64,000 bases of DNA from Bacteroidia bacterium (GTDB lineage: Bacteria > Bacteroidota > Bacteroidia > J057), in the NCBI GenBank assembly GCA_045106685.1, contig JBGCFB010000148.1:518-64517 (forward strand). The letters are read 5' to 3'. Under the pieces are notes generated by a model. The model was not told where the DNA came from, did not search any database, and worked only from the letters and a program-made list of their open reading frames with translations. Below, piece by piece: positions 9,340-17,548 of this stretch (position 1 is the first letter of the stretch; each line of letters starts with the position of its first letter). The translations under genes and the position numbers were made by a program.

Positions 9340-10140
9340 TTATGCTTGGTGCACGACACGCTGTGGGAATGGAATATCAATTCCTGCTTTATCAAGCGCG
9401 ATTTTACAATCTTCGGTTACACCAAAGTAGACGTCCCAGTAGTTAGCTGGAGTCGCCCATGGACGTACTGCAAGATTTACAGAGCTGTCGCCTAGTTCTT
9501 GTACATTCACAGAAGGAGCTGGGCTTGTCATAACCTTAGGATTATTTTGCATAGCCTGCATAAGCACTTCTCTGGCTTTTTTAATGTCTTCACCATATCC
9601 AATACCGACTACGAGGTCTACACGTAGTTTTCCGTCGGTAGTATAATTGGTTATATCGCCATTCGAAAGTGGGCCATTAGGGAGAAGAACTGTTTTGTTA
9701 TCAGGAGTAAGGAGTGATGTGATGAAAATATTAATTGCAGTCACATTACCTGTATGTCCTTGAGCTTCAATAAGGTCACCTGTTTTGAAAGGCTTAAACA
9801 ATAGGATCATAACGCCACCTGCAAAGTTTGCAAGGCTACCCTGGAGGGCCAAACCTACGGCAAGACCAGCTGCACCAAGAAGGGCGATAATACCTGTCAT
9901 TTCGATGCCTACTGCATCAGCGGCAGCGAGCAATACAACGACCTTGAGTAAAACGCTAACCATACTTCCCAGGAATGAGCTAAGCTCAGCGGATAAGCCT
10001 CTACTATCGATAGCGCGGCGTACCATCTTGGTTACCCAGCCAGCTATCCAGAAGCCAATGATAAGTATAGCAATCGCTTTTAAGAGCGGAATACCATATT
10101 GAGATACTAATTCGAGAATTGTGTCAAGACTTAAATCCAT
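9340..10140 (-). CDS. Small-conductance mechanosensitive channel (MscS family)
   Basis: Three N-terminal TM helices are followed by FKPFKTGDLIEAQGHTGNVTAINIFITSLLTPDNKTV, which is the MscS beta-domain. Confidence 0.9.
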   Translation of the reverse strand: MDLSLDTILELVSQYGIPLLKAIAILIIGFWIAGWVTKMVRRAIDSRGLSAELSSFLGSMVSVLLKVVVLLAAADAVGIEMTGIIALLGAAGLAVGLALQGSLANFAGGVMILLFKPFKTGDLIEAQGHTGNVTAINIFITSLLTPDNKTVLLPNGPLSNGDITNYTTDGKLRVDLVVGIGYGEDIKKAREVLMQAMQNNPKVMTSPAPSVNVQELGDSSVNLAVRPWATPANYWDVYFGVTEDCKIALDKAGIDIPFPQRVVHQA

Positions 10141-10241
10141 AATGTGATGTGTGTTGCTTTTTTGAAAAAAATAGAATTGATATAATTAGAGACTTGAAAA
10201 CTGAAATTTGTCACAGAAAAGGAGATCTTTTTATAAAAAAA

Positions 10242-10703
10242 TTAATTGGAAGGCATTTTTCTAAATACAAGCTCCTCAATATTCATGACCAGCGAATCCA
10301 GCTTCGCCGGTGTATTCATGCGTAGATAGATGTCTTTGGTGCCTTTCTCCAGCGTGCAGGCTAGCTTGACTGCTGGAAGATCACTGACATTAGGATTGTC
10401 ATAGCTATCCTCATATTGGAACATATTTGCCTGCTTGAGAGTGTAGACGAGTTTTCGTAACTGAGACGTATTCAACCTGGAACGGACATGCTTGGGTTCT
10501 GGAGCAAAGCGCACTGCTTTGTATTCGATGGCTCCTTCATCATCTACTTGTAACGTGTAAGCCGGACAGCGCCCAAAGCACATGGTGCGCTCAAGACTCA
10601 GCTGAAAATTATCAGGAATTACCGTTTGGCGTACTTCTTTAGTTCCCCCACAAGCAGACAAAACTAGGAGGAGGCATGTAGTCATGTAAATGTATCTTGG
10701 CAT
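10242..10703 (-). CDS. Lipoprotein with a CFGxCP motif (DUF6438-like)
   Basis: The lipobox is LLLVLSAC-GG and the motif MCFGRCPAY is present. An alternative start is Met7 (10685). Confidence 0.6.
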   Translation of the reverse strand: MPRYIYMTTCLLLVLSACGGTKEVRQTVIPDNFQLSLERTMCFGRCPAYTLQVDDEGAIEYKAVRFAPEPKHVRSRLNTSQLRKLVYTLKQANMFQYEDSYDNPNVSDLPAVKLACTLEKGTKDIYLRMNTPAKLDSLVMNIEELVFRKMPSN

Positions 10704-10743
10704 AAGCTGGTTTTGTTAAAGTCCAACAAAACTATATAAAAAA

Positions 10744-10771
10744 GGCTACTGGCTTTTGGCCTTCAGCTGCT
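10744..10771. repeat. Heptamer array of the GGCTNNT family (4 units)
   Basis: The sequence reads ggctact ggctttt ggccttc agctgct. The same vocabulary occurs at 17426-17460 and 12639-12666. Confidence 0.7.
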
Positions 10772-10839
10772 GACCAAAAAATAGAAAAGCGATATGAGCT
10801 TTAAAGCTAGTAGCCAACAAAATTCTTTATATTAGCATC

Positions 10840-11001
10840 ATGAAGTCCAAACGTGCAATTCCAATCCTCATTCTCCTCTTCATCACTGCCTTGGCATTTT
10901 CATCTTGCAAGATGTTTAAAGGTGATCCTCGAAAAAACTGCAATCATCCTGAGCATGGTAAATACATGCAGCAGAAGCGCATGAAAAAAGCGGGATTATA
11001 A
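10840..11001 (+). CDS. Small lipoprotein (53 aa), below the ORF-track size cutoff
   Basis: My translation is MKSKRAIPILILLFITALAFSSCKMFKGDPRKNCNHPEHGKYMQQKRMKKAGL*. The lipobox is AFSS-C. It ends 21 nt before the next gene. Confidence 0.45.
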   Translation: MKSKRAIPILILLFITALAFSSCKMFKGDPRKNCNHPEHGKYMQQKRMKKAGL

Positions 11002-11022
11002 GCTTCGCAAGACACGCGATAC

Positions 11023-12639
11023 ATGGGAAATAGGCGTATATGGCTCGGTCTGGGCGGTTTTATTTTATTGCTAGTTTTAGGATGGCTTATTACCAAAGCG
11101 CTTAAGGACAAGCAACATCCTGACTGGACAGCATTGGACCAGCGACTGGTCGCACCTTATAGTCAAGCGGCTGCGCTGCCCGATTCTCTCCAACAACTTT
11201 GGAACGAACATCATCATGTAATTGCAGAGGATGACTCGCTGGCATGGCGTATTTTTTCTACTCCTTTTGCTCCAAGCTTAAGTTGGAAAAAATGGAAACA
11301 ATGGTTCAAAATTGTCCAAAAACAACGTTTCGTAACCGTGTCGGGAGTGAGTGGAGCTGGAGCCACTACGCTTTTTTCACGACTGGCTGCAAGTTTAGTA
11401 TCGAGTCAGGAACATCTGCTTGAGGTGCGTTGCGCTCCTCGTTTTGATTTGGAATATCATCGTCAGTATATCGGATATCGAAATGATGATGGTAAATTTC
11501 AAAAAGGCGAAATTCTCAAGTTGATGGAGAAATGTGAGCAACATCCACAGGAGCATTTTATCGTTTACCTCGACAATTTTGATAAAATTAATCCTGAGAC
11601 TTTCTTTGGACCTGAACTTTGGGAAAAGCTGGATGATGCCCGTTTTGAATGCATACTCGGTGGCAAGGCTATAGAAATTCCAAGCAATCTGACATTTATT
11701 GCGCTGGTGCATACAGGCGCTTCTTCTCGTATCAAGTTGAATAATGAGCATTTTCGCCGCTTGGGTGGCTTGCATGTGCTCGCTCCTTCTGAGGAGGAAT
11801 TGATTCTTTATTTGCGCGAAAAAAAGAAAGAGGCCATTAATGAAAATGATTCTGAATCACTTGTCTACCTGAATGATAGCGTAGGCATTAAGCACTTTGT
11901 GTTTGCCTTCACGCACATCAACGGATGGATCGAAAAAGAGTATGGAAGTGGCTACCAGTTAGGGCAATGGAGCAGCGTGCGCAAGTTGTATGAAAAGCCA
12001 TTAGAGGAAACTTTCAAGGTCTTTGCCAACCATGTATCTGCACTAAAACCAGAAAATCAATTAAGCCTTAATCGGCTGGAGCCCATTCGTTACAGAATTG
12101 AAAACGAGGGAGCTATTAAGCATTCAAATTGGTTGGCGACGCAATTCCGCATGCTGGAGGCGAAGGGTTTTCTGACCGAATTTGTCGTTGGGCTTAGCTT
12201 TTTGCTTATCACGGGTTTATTCAGTTTTTGGTTTTTGCGAAAAAGGAAGAAAAGCCTTCGTTCCAAACTCGCACAGGCTTATGGGATCATGGAGCGGTTT
12301 GAGAAGCAGCTCATTGATGTCACCGATGCTGACAAGCAGATGAAGGAGGTGAAGCAAGAAGTCGATAACATGGTGAGCGAAAGTAAACTGGATTATCAGG
12401 AAGCGGTCTTCTTTTATGTCTTTTTGGAAGATAAAATGAAGCGACTGGAAATCGCACGCTCCACACACGAAAATTTCAGGCAACTGGTAGATGTGTTTCT
12501 GGAGGATGGGGTGCTTAGCGAATCAGAGTACGAAAAGCTTCAGCAATTTTTGGAACAAATAAAACCGCGCATCTCAGAAGCACATTACGCAGGCTATGCT
12601 GAAGAAATAGCGAAACTTAGGCAAGAATATCGAGGTTAG
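11023..12639 (+). CDS. Membrane protein with a degenerate McrB/MoxR-like AAA+ domain between two TM segments and a C-terminal coiled coil
   Basis: The Walker-A-like block SGVSGAGATT has the Lys replaced by Ala. The Walker-B/McrB-like block FIVYLDNFDKINPETFFGPELWEKL has DN in place of DE. TM segments are at aa ~6-24 and ~385-405, and RKRKK follows the second. Confidence 0.6.
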   Translation: MGNRRIWLGLGGFILLLVLGWLITKALKDKQHPDWTALDQRLVAPYSQAAALPDSLQQLWNEHHHVIAEDDSLAWRIFSTPFAPSLSWKKWKQWFKIVQKQRFVTVSGVSGAGATTLFSRLAASLVSSQEHLLEVRCAPRFDLEYHRQYIGYRNDDGKFQKGEILKLMEKCEQHPQEHFIVYLDNFDKINPETFFGPELWEKLDDARFECILGGKAIEIPSNLTFIALVHTGASSRIKLNNEHFRRLGGLHVLAPSEEELILYLREKKKEAINENDSESLVYLNDSVGIKHFVFAFTHINGWIEKEYGSGYQLGQWSSVRKLYEKPLEETFKVFANHVSALKPENQLSLNRLEPIRYRIENEGAIKHSNWLATQFRMLEAKGFLTEFVVGLSFLLITGLFSFWFLRKRKKSLRSKLAQAYGIMERFEKQLIDVTDADKQMKEVKQEVDNMVSESKLDYQEAVFFYVFLEDKMKRLEIARSTHENFRQLVDVFLEDGVLSESEYEKLQQFLEQIKPRISEAHYAGYAEEIAKLRQEYRG

Positions 12640-12666
12640 CTTCTGGCTTCTGGCTACTGGCTACTG
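12639..12666. repeat. Heptamer array (GCTWCTG) x4 that starts in the stop codon of the upstream gene
   Basis: The sequence reads gcttctg gcttctg gctactg gctactg. The first G is the last base of the TAG stop at 12637-12639. Confidence 0.9.
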
Positions 12667-12700
12667 GAATCAAGTTGATTTCTATCGGAGCTGCATTTTG

Positions 12701-12739
12701 AAAACAAAAAAACCGATTGATGCCTTAAACATCAATCGG
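12701..12739 (-). terminator. Intrinsic terminator of trxA
   Basis: CCGATTGATG (12713-12722) pairs with CATCAATCGG (12730-12739) as a perfect 10-bp stem with a 7-nt loop. On the minus strand it is followed by TTTTTTTGTTTT. Confidence 0.75.
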
Positions 12740-12753
12740 CTTATTCGGTATGC

Positions 12754-12802
12754 AATCGCTAATCGCTAATCGCTAATCGCTAATCGCTAATCGCTAATCG
12801 CT
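12754..12802. repeat. Perfect heptamer tandem array (AATCGCT) x7 in the trxA 3' UTR
   Basis: Seven exact units span 12754-12802. The last two bases overlap the trxA stop codon (complement of 12801-12803). Confidence 0.97.
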
Positions 12803-13130
12803 AGTTGGCAACAGCAGCGCTCATTTTGCCTGAAAGAACAGACTTAGGCACAGCGCCTACTTGCTTGTCCACTACTTCGCCATTTTTGAAGATAAGCAGC
12901 GTAGGAATGCTCATTACGCCGTACTTAGCAGCGGTTTCACGATTCTTATCGACGTCCAGTTTTCCGATAACGGCAGTCTCGCCGAGGTCGTCAACAAGTT
13001 CTTCAAGAACAGGAGCGATCATTTTACAAGGTCCGCACCATACTGCCCAAAAGTCAACCAATACTGGCTTGTCGCTGTTGAGTACGAGTTCTTCAAAGTT
13101 GCCGTCGGTAAATTCTATTGCTTTTCCCAT
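12801..13130 (-). CDS. trxA: Thioredoxin
   Basis: 109 aa with the active site WAVWCGPCK. Confidence 0.96.
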   Translation of the reverse strand: MGKAIEFTDGNFEELVLNSDKPVLVDFWAVWCGPCKMIAPVLEELVDDLGETAVIGKLDVDKNRETAAKYGVMSIPTLLIFKNGEVVDKQVGAVPKSVLSGKMSAAVAN

Positions 13131-13194
13131 GATTATGTGTTTGAGTAAATTATGTAGATGGAGGGTAAAACGGGTGTTTATTTAAAAGGTTATG

Positions 13195-13202
13195 CAAACA
13201 TA
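13195..13202 (-). promoter_or_regulatory. Candidate TAnnTTTG -7 box for trxA
   Basis: The minus strand reads TATGTTTG, 65 nt upstream of the trxA ATG. Confidence 0.35.
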
Positions 13203-13330
13203 ACGCTTTCGTTATATAGACGCAATCTGAGCTGAAAGGACACATATGGCTATCGTCTGGCTGACAAATAGGATCGCAATCTGTACCTTTGTTTTCTGAA
13301 TGACAAAGACTCCAATCCTGGAAGCTGCTT

Positions 13331-15562
13331 TTGAGTTTTTATACAAATATTAAAACCCTTTTCAGAAGGTTTGTCGCAAGTAGAAGACATTCTTTCAATC
13401 TGGCCAATCGCGTGATGCTTCTGGGCGGATTCGTTATTGCGGTCACGCTTATTTTGCCTCGACAGCGCGTTCTTGACTTTCAGTACGAGGTAGGCCGTTC
13501 TTGGGAAAGCGCTGATCTGGTAGCAGAGTTTGATTTCCCGGTTTTCAAAGGTGAAAACGAAGTGCTTGCACTTAAAGAGAAAGCAAAGTCGGATGTGCTC
13601 CAGGTGTATACGCGCGATACTTCCGTAGAGAGCCAAGTGGAAAACGCCTTTGGGACTCATCTTTTCAGGTTACTTGAGGAGCAGAAAAGGTTAGCCAGTG
13701 CAAAGTTGCGCGGTGATACTCTATCTTATAAAGGCCTATTAAAGCAAAGCTCATTTCTTAAATTCGATCTGGACCCATTGGGATTTGTCGCCGATACCGG
13801 CAAGGTATTGCCCGTATGGTATGAGAAAGCTTCTACCCAGGGAAGAGCTACTATAGCGCGAGTTTATGGCGAAAGCATGGGCGTTATTGTTGGTAAAAGA
13901 GATACATTTTCTGCTTTTATCAATGTGCAAAATACAGCAGGGGCAAGTAAGGCTTTACCTGCAAGTGCTTTCGCATTTGAATATGAAATTGATAAAAAGC
14001 TCTTGGAAACATCAAGCGAAGTTTCTGCTGAGCGACTTGGAGCACTCGTATTAGAACAATATATCGAGCCAGACCTACTCTATAATCCATTGCTTACACG
14101 GCGCGAACAGAATCGGATTTCAAGTCTGATTACGCCTATTTCCGGCTTTTTTGAAAAAGGCCGGACCATTATCGGTCGTGGTGACCTCGTCAATGAGCAA
14201 GCTTATCGCCGCATCCAGTCTTACCTGAGAGAAGGCGAACGGGTACTCGATACCAAGAACTGGCTTCAGCAGGTCTTGAGTCAGATGTTGGTTGTCTTTT
14301 TACTGATCGGAATTCTCATTATTTACTTGCGGGTAAATCAGCCCAGACTATATTTCGATACTTCAAAATTGGGCCTCATCCTGACGACGCTTTTTCTCAC
14401 GGTGCTTGCGATGGTTCTTACGCTTCAGTTAGAGCAAATAATAGGACGCACGCCTCGGGCCATCTCCTTTATTTATCTCGCGCCGACCTGCATGGCGGCG
14501 GTGCTACTTTCAAACTTTTTTGACTCCAGGACAGGCTTTATCGCAAATTTGATTGCAGCGCTTTTTGGGGCAGTATTGATTCAAAGAGGCCTAGGTTTTG
14601 CTTTTGTTCAAATCATCGCCGGAACGGTTGCCATCTATAGCTTGCGGCGCTTGCGTGATCGTAGAGTATTCTTTTACACACTCATTTATGTACTGGTCGC
14701 TTATGTTGTCAGCTTCTTTGCCTATGAGCTTTTTAGCAAAGGAAACCTGCACACGATTCACTACGAGACGATTATTCTATTAGTGTTCAATGTCGCCCTG
14801 ACCTTTTTGGCTTATCCATCTGTATATGCTTTTGAAAGGCTTTTTGGGGTCACTTCAGATTTGGCCTTTTTGGAATTACTGGATACCAATCATCCGTTAT
14901 TGCACAAACTGGCGCGGCGCGCTCCAGGTACCTTCCAGCATAGCCTTCAGGTAGCGAATCTGGCTGAAAGCCTGGTGCAGGTTTTGGGAGGAAATCCGCT
15001 ACTAACGCATGTTGGAGCCCTGTATCATGATATTGGCAAGCTCAAAAACCCGGACTATTTCATCGAAAATTCTAATCTGGAAGACACACCTCATAAGCGC
15101 ATTCATTGTACTGAAAGTGCCAAGATCATCATTGACCATGTGAAAGACGGGGTGAAGATGGCTGAGAAACATCACCTTCCGCGTGAGATTATCAACTTCA
15201 TTGAAACGCACCACGGGACTACCCGCGTGGAGTATTTTTATCGCCAATATCAAAAAGAGCCTGACTGTACGAATCCCGAAGATGATCGTGCGTTCCGCTA
15301 TCCTGGACCACGCCCATTTACCAAAGAAGGTGCAGCGCTCATGATCGCCGACTCTATTGAAGCGGCTTCCCGCACCTTGAAGGTGTACACCGAGGAGGCG
15401 CTATTTAATCTTGTCAACGGCATCATCGATTATAAAATCAAAGATGGTCAGTTGGAAAATGCTCCGGTGACTTTTAAAGACCTGGCAATTATCCGTAAGG
15501 TCATGCACAAGCAGTTATTGACGATGTATCACGCGCGTATCGAGTATCCTGAAGAGGAGTAA
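13331..15562 (+). CDS. 7TM-HD (HDIG) membrane phosphohydrolase, PgpH-like
   Basis: The order is a long extracytoplasmic N-domain, ~7 TM helices, then an HD domain (FQHSLQVANLAE, LYHDIGK, ETHHGT). The start is the track TTG at 13331 and is uncertain. Confidence 0.85.
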   Translation: MSFYTNIKTLFRRFVASRRHSFNLANRVMLLGGFVIAVTLILPRQRVLDFQYEVGRSWESADLVAEFDFPVFKGENEVLALKEKAKSDVLQVYTRDTSVESQVENAFGTHLFRLLEEQKRLASAKLRGDTLSYKGLLKQSSFLKFDLDPLGFVADTGKVLPVWYEKASTQGRATIARVYGESMGVIVGKRDTFSAFINVQNTAGASKALPASAFAFEYEIDKKLLETSSEVSAERLGALVLEQYIEPDLLYNPLLTRREQNRISSLITPISGFFEKGRTIIGRGDLVNEQAYRRIQSYLREGERVLDTKNWLQQVLSQMLVVFLLIGILIIYLRVNQPRLYFDTSKLGLILTTLFLTVLAMVLTLQLEQIIGRTPRAISFIYLAPTCMAAVLLSNFFDSRTGFIANLIAALFGAVLIQRGLGFAFVQIIAGTVAIYSLRRLRDRRVFFYTLIYVLVAYVVSFFAYELFSKGNLHTIHYETIILLVFNVALTFLAYPSVYAFERLFGVTSDLAFLELLDTNHPLLHKLARRAPGTFQHSLQVANLAESLVQVLGGNPLLTHVGALYHDIGKLKNPDYFIENSNLEDTPHKRIHCTESAKIIIDHVKDGVKMAEKHHLPREIINFIETHHGTTRVEYFYRQYQKEPDCTNPEDDRAFRYPGPRPFTKEGAALMIADSIEAASRTLKVYTEEALFNLVNGIIDYKIKDGQLENAPVTFKDLAIIRKVMHKQLLTMYHARIEYPEEE

Positions 15563-15799
15563 AAAGTCCTCGCTGCTCGATGTTTGCTGTTTGATCCTCG
15601 ATTTTTAAAGGGGTCAGAAGGATGGCAAAATGATAATCTATCATTGTAGAGACGCGTTTTAACGCGTCTCAGGTTTAGGTCATAAGACGCGTTAAAACGC
15701 GTCTCTACACATTCTGATAATATTATTCTACACCCGATCAATCATCGAATAGGAGTAAAAAGTCTTCGCTGTTCGATCCTCGCTGTTTGATCCTCGATT
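15555..15799. repeat. 49-bp direct repeats (15555-15603 and 15751-15799, 44/49 identical) that bracket a palindrome-bearing 147-bp insert
   Basis: Both repeats start AGGAGTAAAAAGTC. The first contains the last codons and stop of the PgpH-like gene. Both are internally heptamer-periodic (15571-15605 and 15767-15801). Confidence 0.85.
15645..15709. repeat. Nested palindrome: a 25-bp perfect inverted repeat in which each arm is itself a hairpin
   Basis: TGTAGAGACGCGTTTTAACGCGTCT (15645-15669) is the exact reverse complement of 15685-15709. Each arm contains AGACGCGTT..AACGCGTCT. Confidence 0.9.
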
Positions 15800-15853
15800 C
15801 TAAAAAAAAAGCGAATATCGAGGATCAAGTATCAAACAGCGAAGACGATAATA

Positions 15854-17335
15854 CTACATGCCCAAAGCGAAGTATCGCACGCCTGGCTGGTCAGGATAAA
15901 AGCCTTCAAAGAGTACGCCTCCCTTTGTTGCTTTCATTTCCTTTTCAAATGCTTCGACATCATTGACAGGCTTTTTATTGACATGGGTAATCACAAAGCC
16001 ATCCTTCATATTGGTTCGGTTGCGAATTTTTCCATCCTGAATATTCGATACTTTCACGCCGCCCATCACATTGAGGCTTTCTGCTTCTTTTTCAGTGATT
16101 GTTTCAAATTCAGCTCCAAGGACGCTCGATAAGCCGATTTCAACAGCTTCAACTACATCGGTGTTGCCGCTTTTATTTTTGAGCTCGACACTGACCATCT
16201 GCTGTTTTCCGTCTCGCATCACGACAACTTCGGCGCGTTCTCCCGGACGCTTACGCCCGATCGCTTCCAGCAGTTGAGCGGAGCTTTTTACAGGATTATT
16301 ATCGATCGCGACAACAACATCTTTCTTCTGGATGCCGGAAGCTTTTGCAGCACCTTCTGGCATAAGACTGTCGATCAAAACACCTTCTGTGAAATTGAGA
16401 TTCATTTCATTCGCTATTTCTCCATTAAGCTCACGAATATATACTCCCAAATAGGCACGCTGCGCAGTTCCATAAGTCTTGAGGTCTTCAACTACCTTCG
16501 CTACAATTCTGCTCGGAACCGCAAACGAATAACCCGCAAAGGCTCCCGTTGGCGAGGCGATCGCAGTATTAATGCCGATCAAGTCGCCGTCGAGATTAAC
16601 CAGCGCACCACCAGAGTTCCCAGGATTAACGGCAGCATCTGTTTGGATAAAGGACTCTATCGCGCCACGGTTGCGGAGGATGTTGATATTGCGGCCTTTG
16701 GCGCTTACAATACCTGCGGTAACAGTGGAGGCGAGGTTAAATGGATTTCCTACGGCAAGCACCCATTCGCCAACCTTTACGTCATCACTATTTGCCAAAG
16801 ACAAATAATCAAGGTCGCTTTCATCTATCTTAAGTAATGCTAAATCGGTAGTAGGGTCAGTGCCAATCACCTCTGCGGTAAAGCTTCGATTATCATTAAG
16901 CGCAACAGTCACTTCGTCAGCATTATCGACGACGTGATTATTGGTAACAATATATCCGTCCGAGCTGATAATCACACCAGAGCCAGTTCCTTTGCGAAGT
17001 TCTTCTCGCGGACTTTGGTTACGTCGGCCTCGTGGCATATTGAAGAAGTCACGGAAAGGATCAGGAACACCATACATATCAGCCGAGTTTCGCTGAACCA
17101 CTGAAGACGAAGTAATATGCACGACCGCAGGAAGCGCTTTGTCGGCGGAGGGCACAAAGTCCGCGACTGATGTACTTCCCTCCAAACCACGAGTAAGGGA
17201 TACTGTGTGATTTTCTTTTTCTGTTACAAATTGGACGACTTGGTCGCTATTCTGATTTTGAATGAGCGTAAAGGCGCCCAGGGTAATGGCGCTACCCAGG
17301 ATCGCTGCGAGAACAACCTGAAGACTGGTTTTCAT
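15854..17335 (-). CDS. HtrA/DegP/DegQ-family periplasmic serine endoprotease with two PDZ domains
   Basis: The triad contexts are TNNHVV, TDLALLKI and GNSGGALVN. An N-terminal TM/signal segment is present. The C-terminal half is PDZ-like. Confidence 0.93.
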   Translation of the reverse strand: MKTSLQVVLAAILGSAITLGAFTLIQNQNSDQVVQFVTEKENHTVSLTRGLEGSTSVADFVPSADKALPAVVHITSSSVVQRNSADMYGVPDPFRDFFNMPRGRRNQSPREELRKGTGSGVIISSDGYIVTNNHVVDNADEVTVALNDNRSFTAEVIGTDPTTDLALLKIDESDLDYLSLANSDDVKVGEWVLAVGNPFNLASTVTAGIVSAKGRNINILRNRGAIESFIQTDAAVNPGNSGGALVNLDGDLIGINTAIASPTGAFAGYSFAVPSRIVAKVVEDLKTYGTAQRAYLGVYIRELNGEIANEMNLNFTEGVLIDSLMPEGAAKASGIQKKDVVVAIDNNPVKSSAQLLEAIGRKRPGERAEVVVMRDGKQQMVSVELKNKSGNTDVVEAVEIGLSSVLGAEFETITEKEAESLNVMGGVKVSNIQDGKIRNRTNMKDGFVITHVNKKPVNDVEAFEKEMKATKGGVLFEGFYPDQPGVRYFALGM

Positions 17336-17425
17336 AGTAGTTATATTCGGTTTATTGGTTTTATTAAATATACCGAACGATACGACTATTACTTTTTCAA
17401 CGGTTGTTAATGAAACGTTAAAGAC

Positions 17426-17460
17426 GGCGGCTGGCTTTTGGCTACTAGCTTCTGGCCAGA
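17426..17460. repeat. Heptamer array of the GGCNNCT family (5 units)
   Basis: The sequence reads ggcggct ggctttt ggctact agcttct ggccaga. It is imperfectly complementary to the array at 17511-17548. Confidence 0.75.
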
Positions 17461-17510
17461 AAAAATAAGGCTTCGTGAAACTTTAATGGAAAGGAGGAAT
17501 ATACCTGCAA

Positions 17511-17548
17511 AGCCAGCAGCCAGCAGCCAGCAGCCAGCAGCCAGCAGC
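17511..17548. repeat. Heptamer tandem array (AGCCAGC) x5.4 that abuts the ispD stop codon
   Basis: Five exact units span 17511-17545, followed by AGC. The last base is the first base of the ispD stop codon (complement of 17548-17550). Confidence 0.95.

Noticed and set aside
12754-12802. Tandem arrays considered as CRISPR
   Set aside because: The units are 7 nt with no spacers, and no cas genes are present in the window. These are microsatellite-like arrays, not CRISPR.
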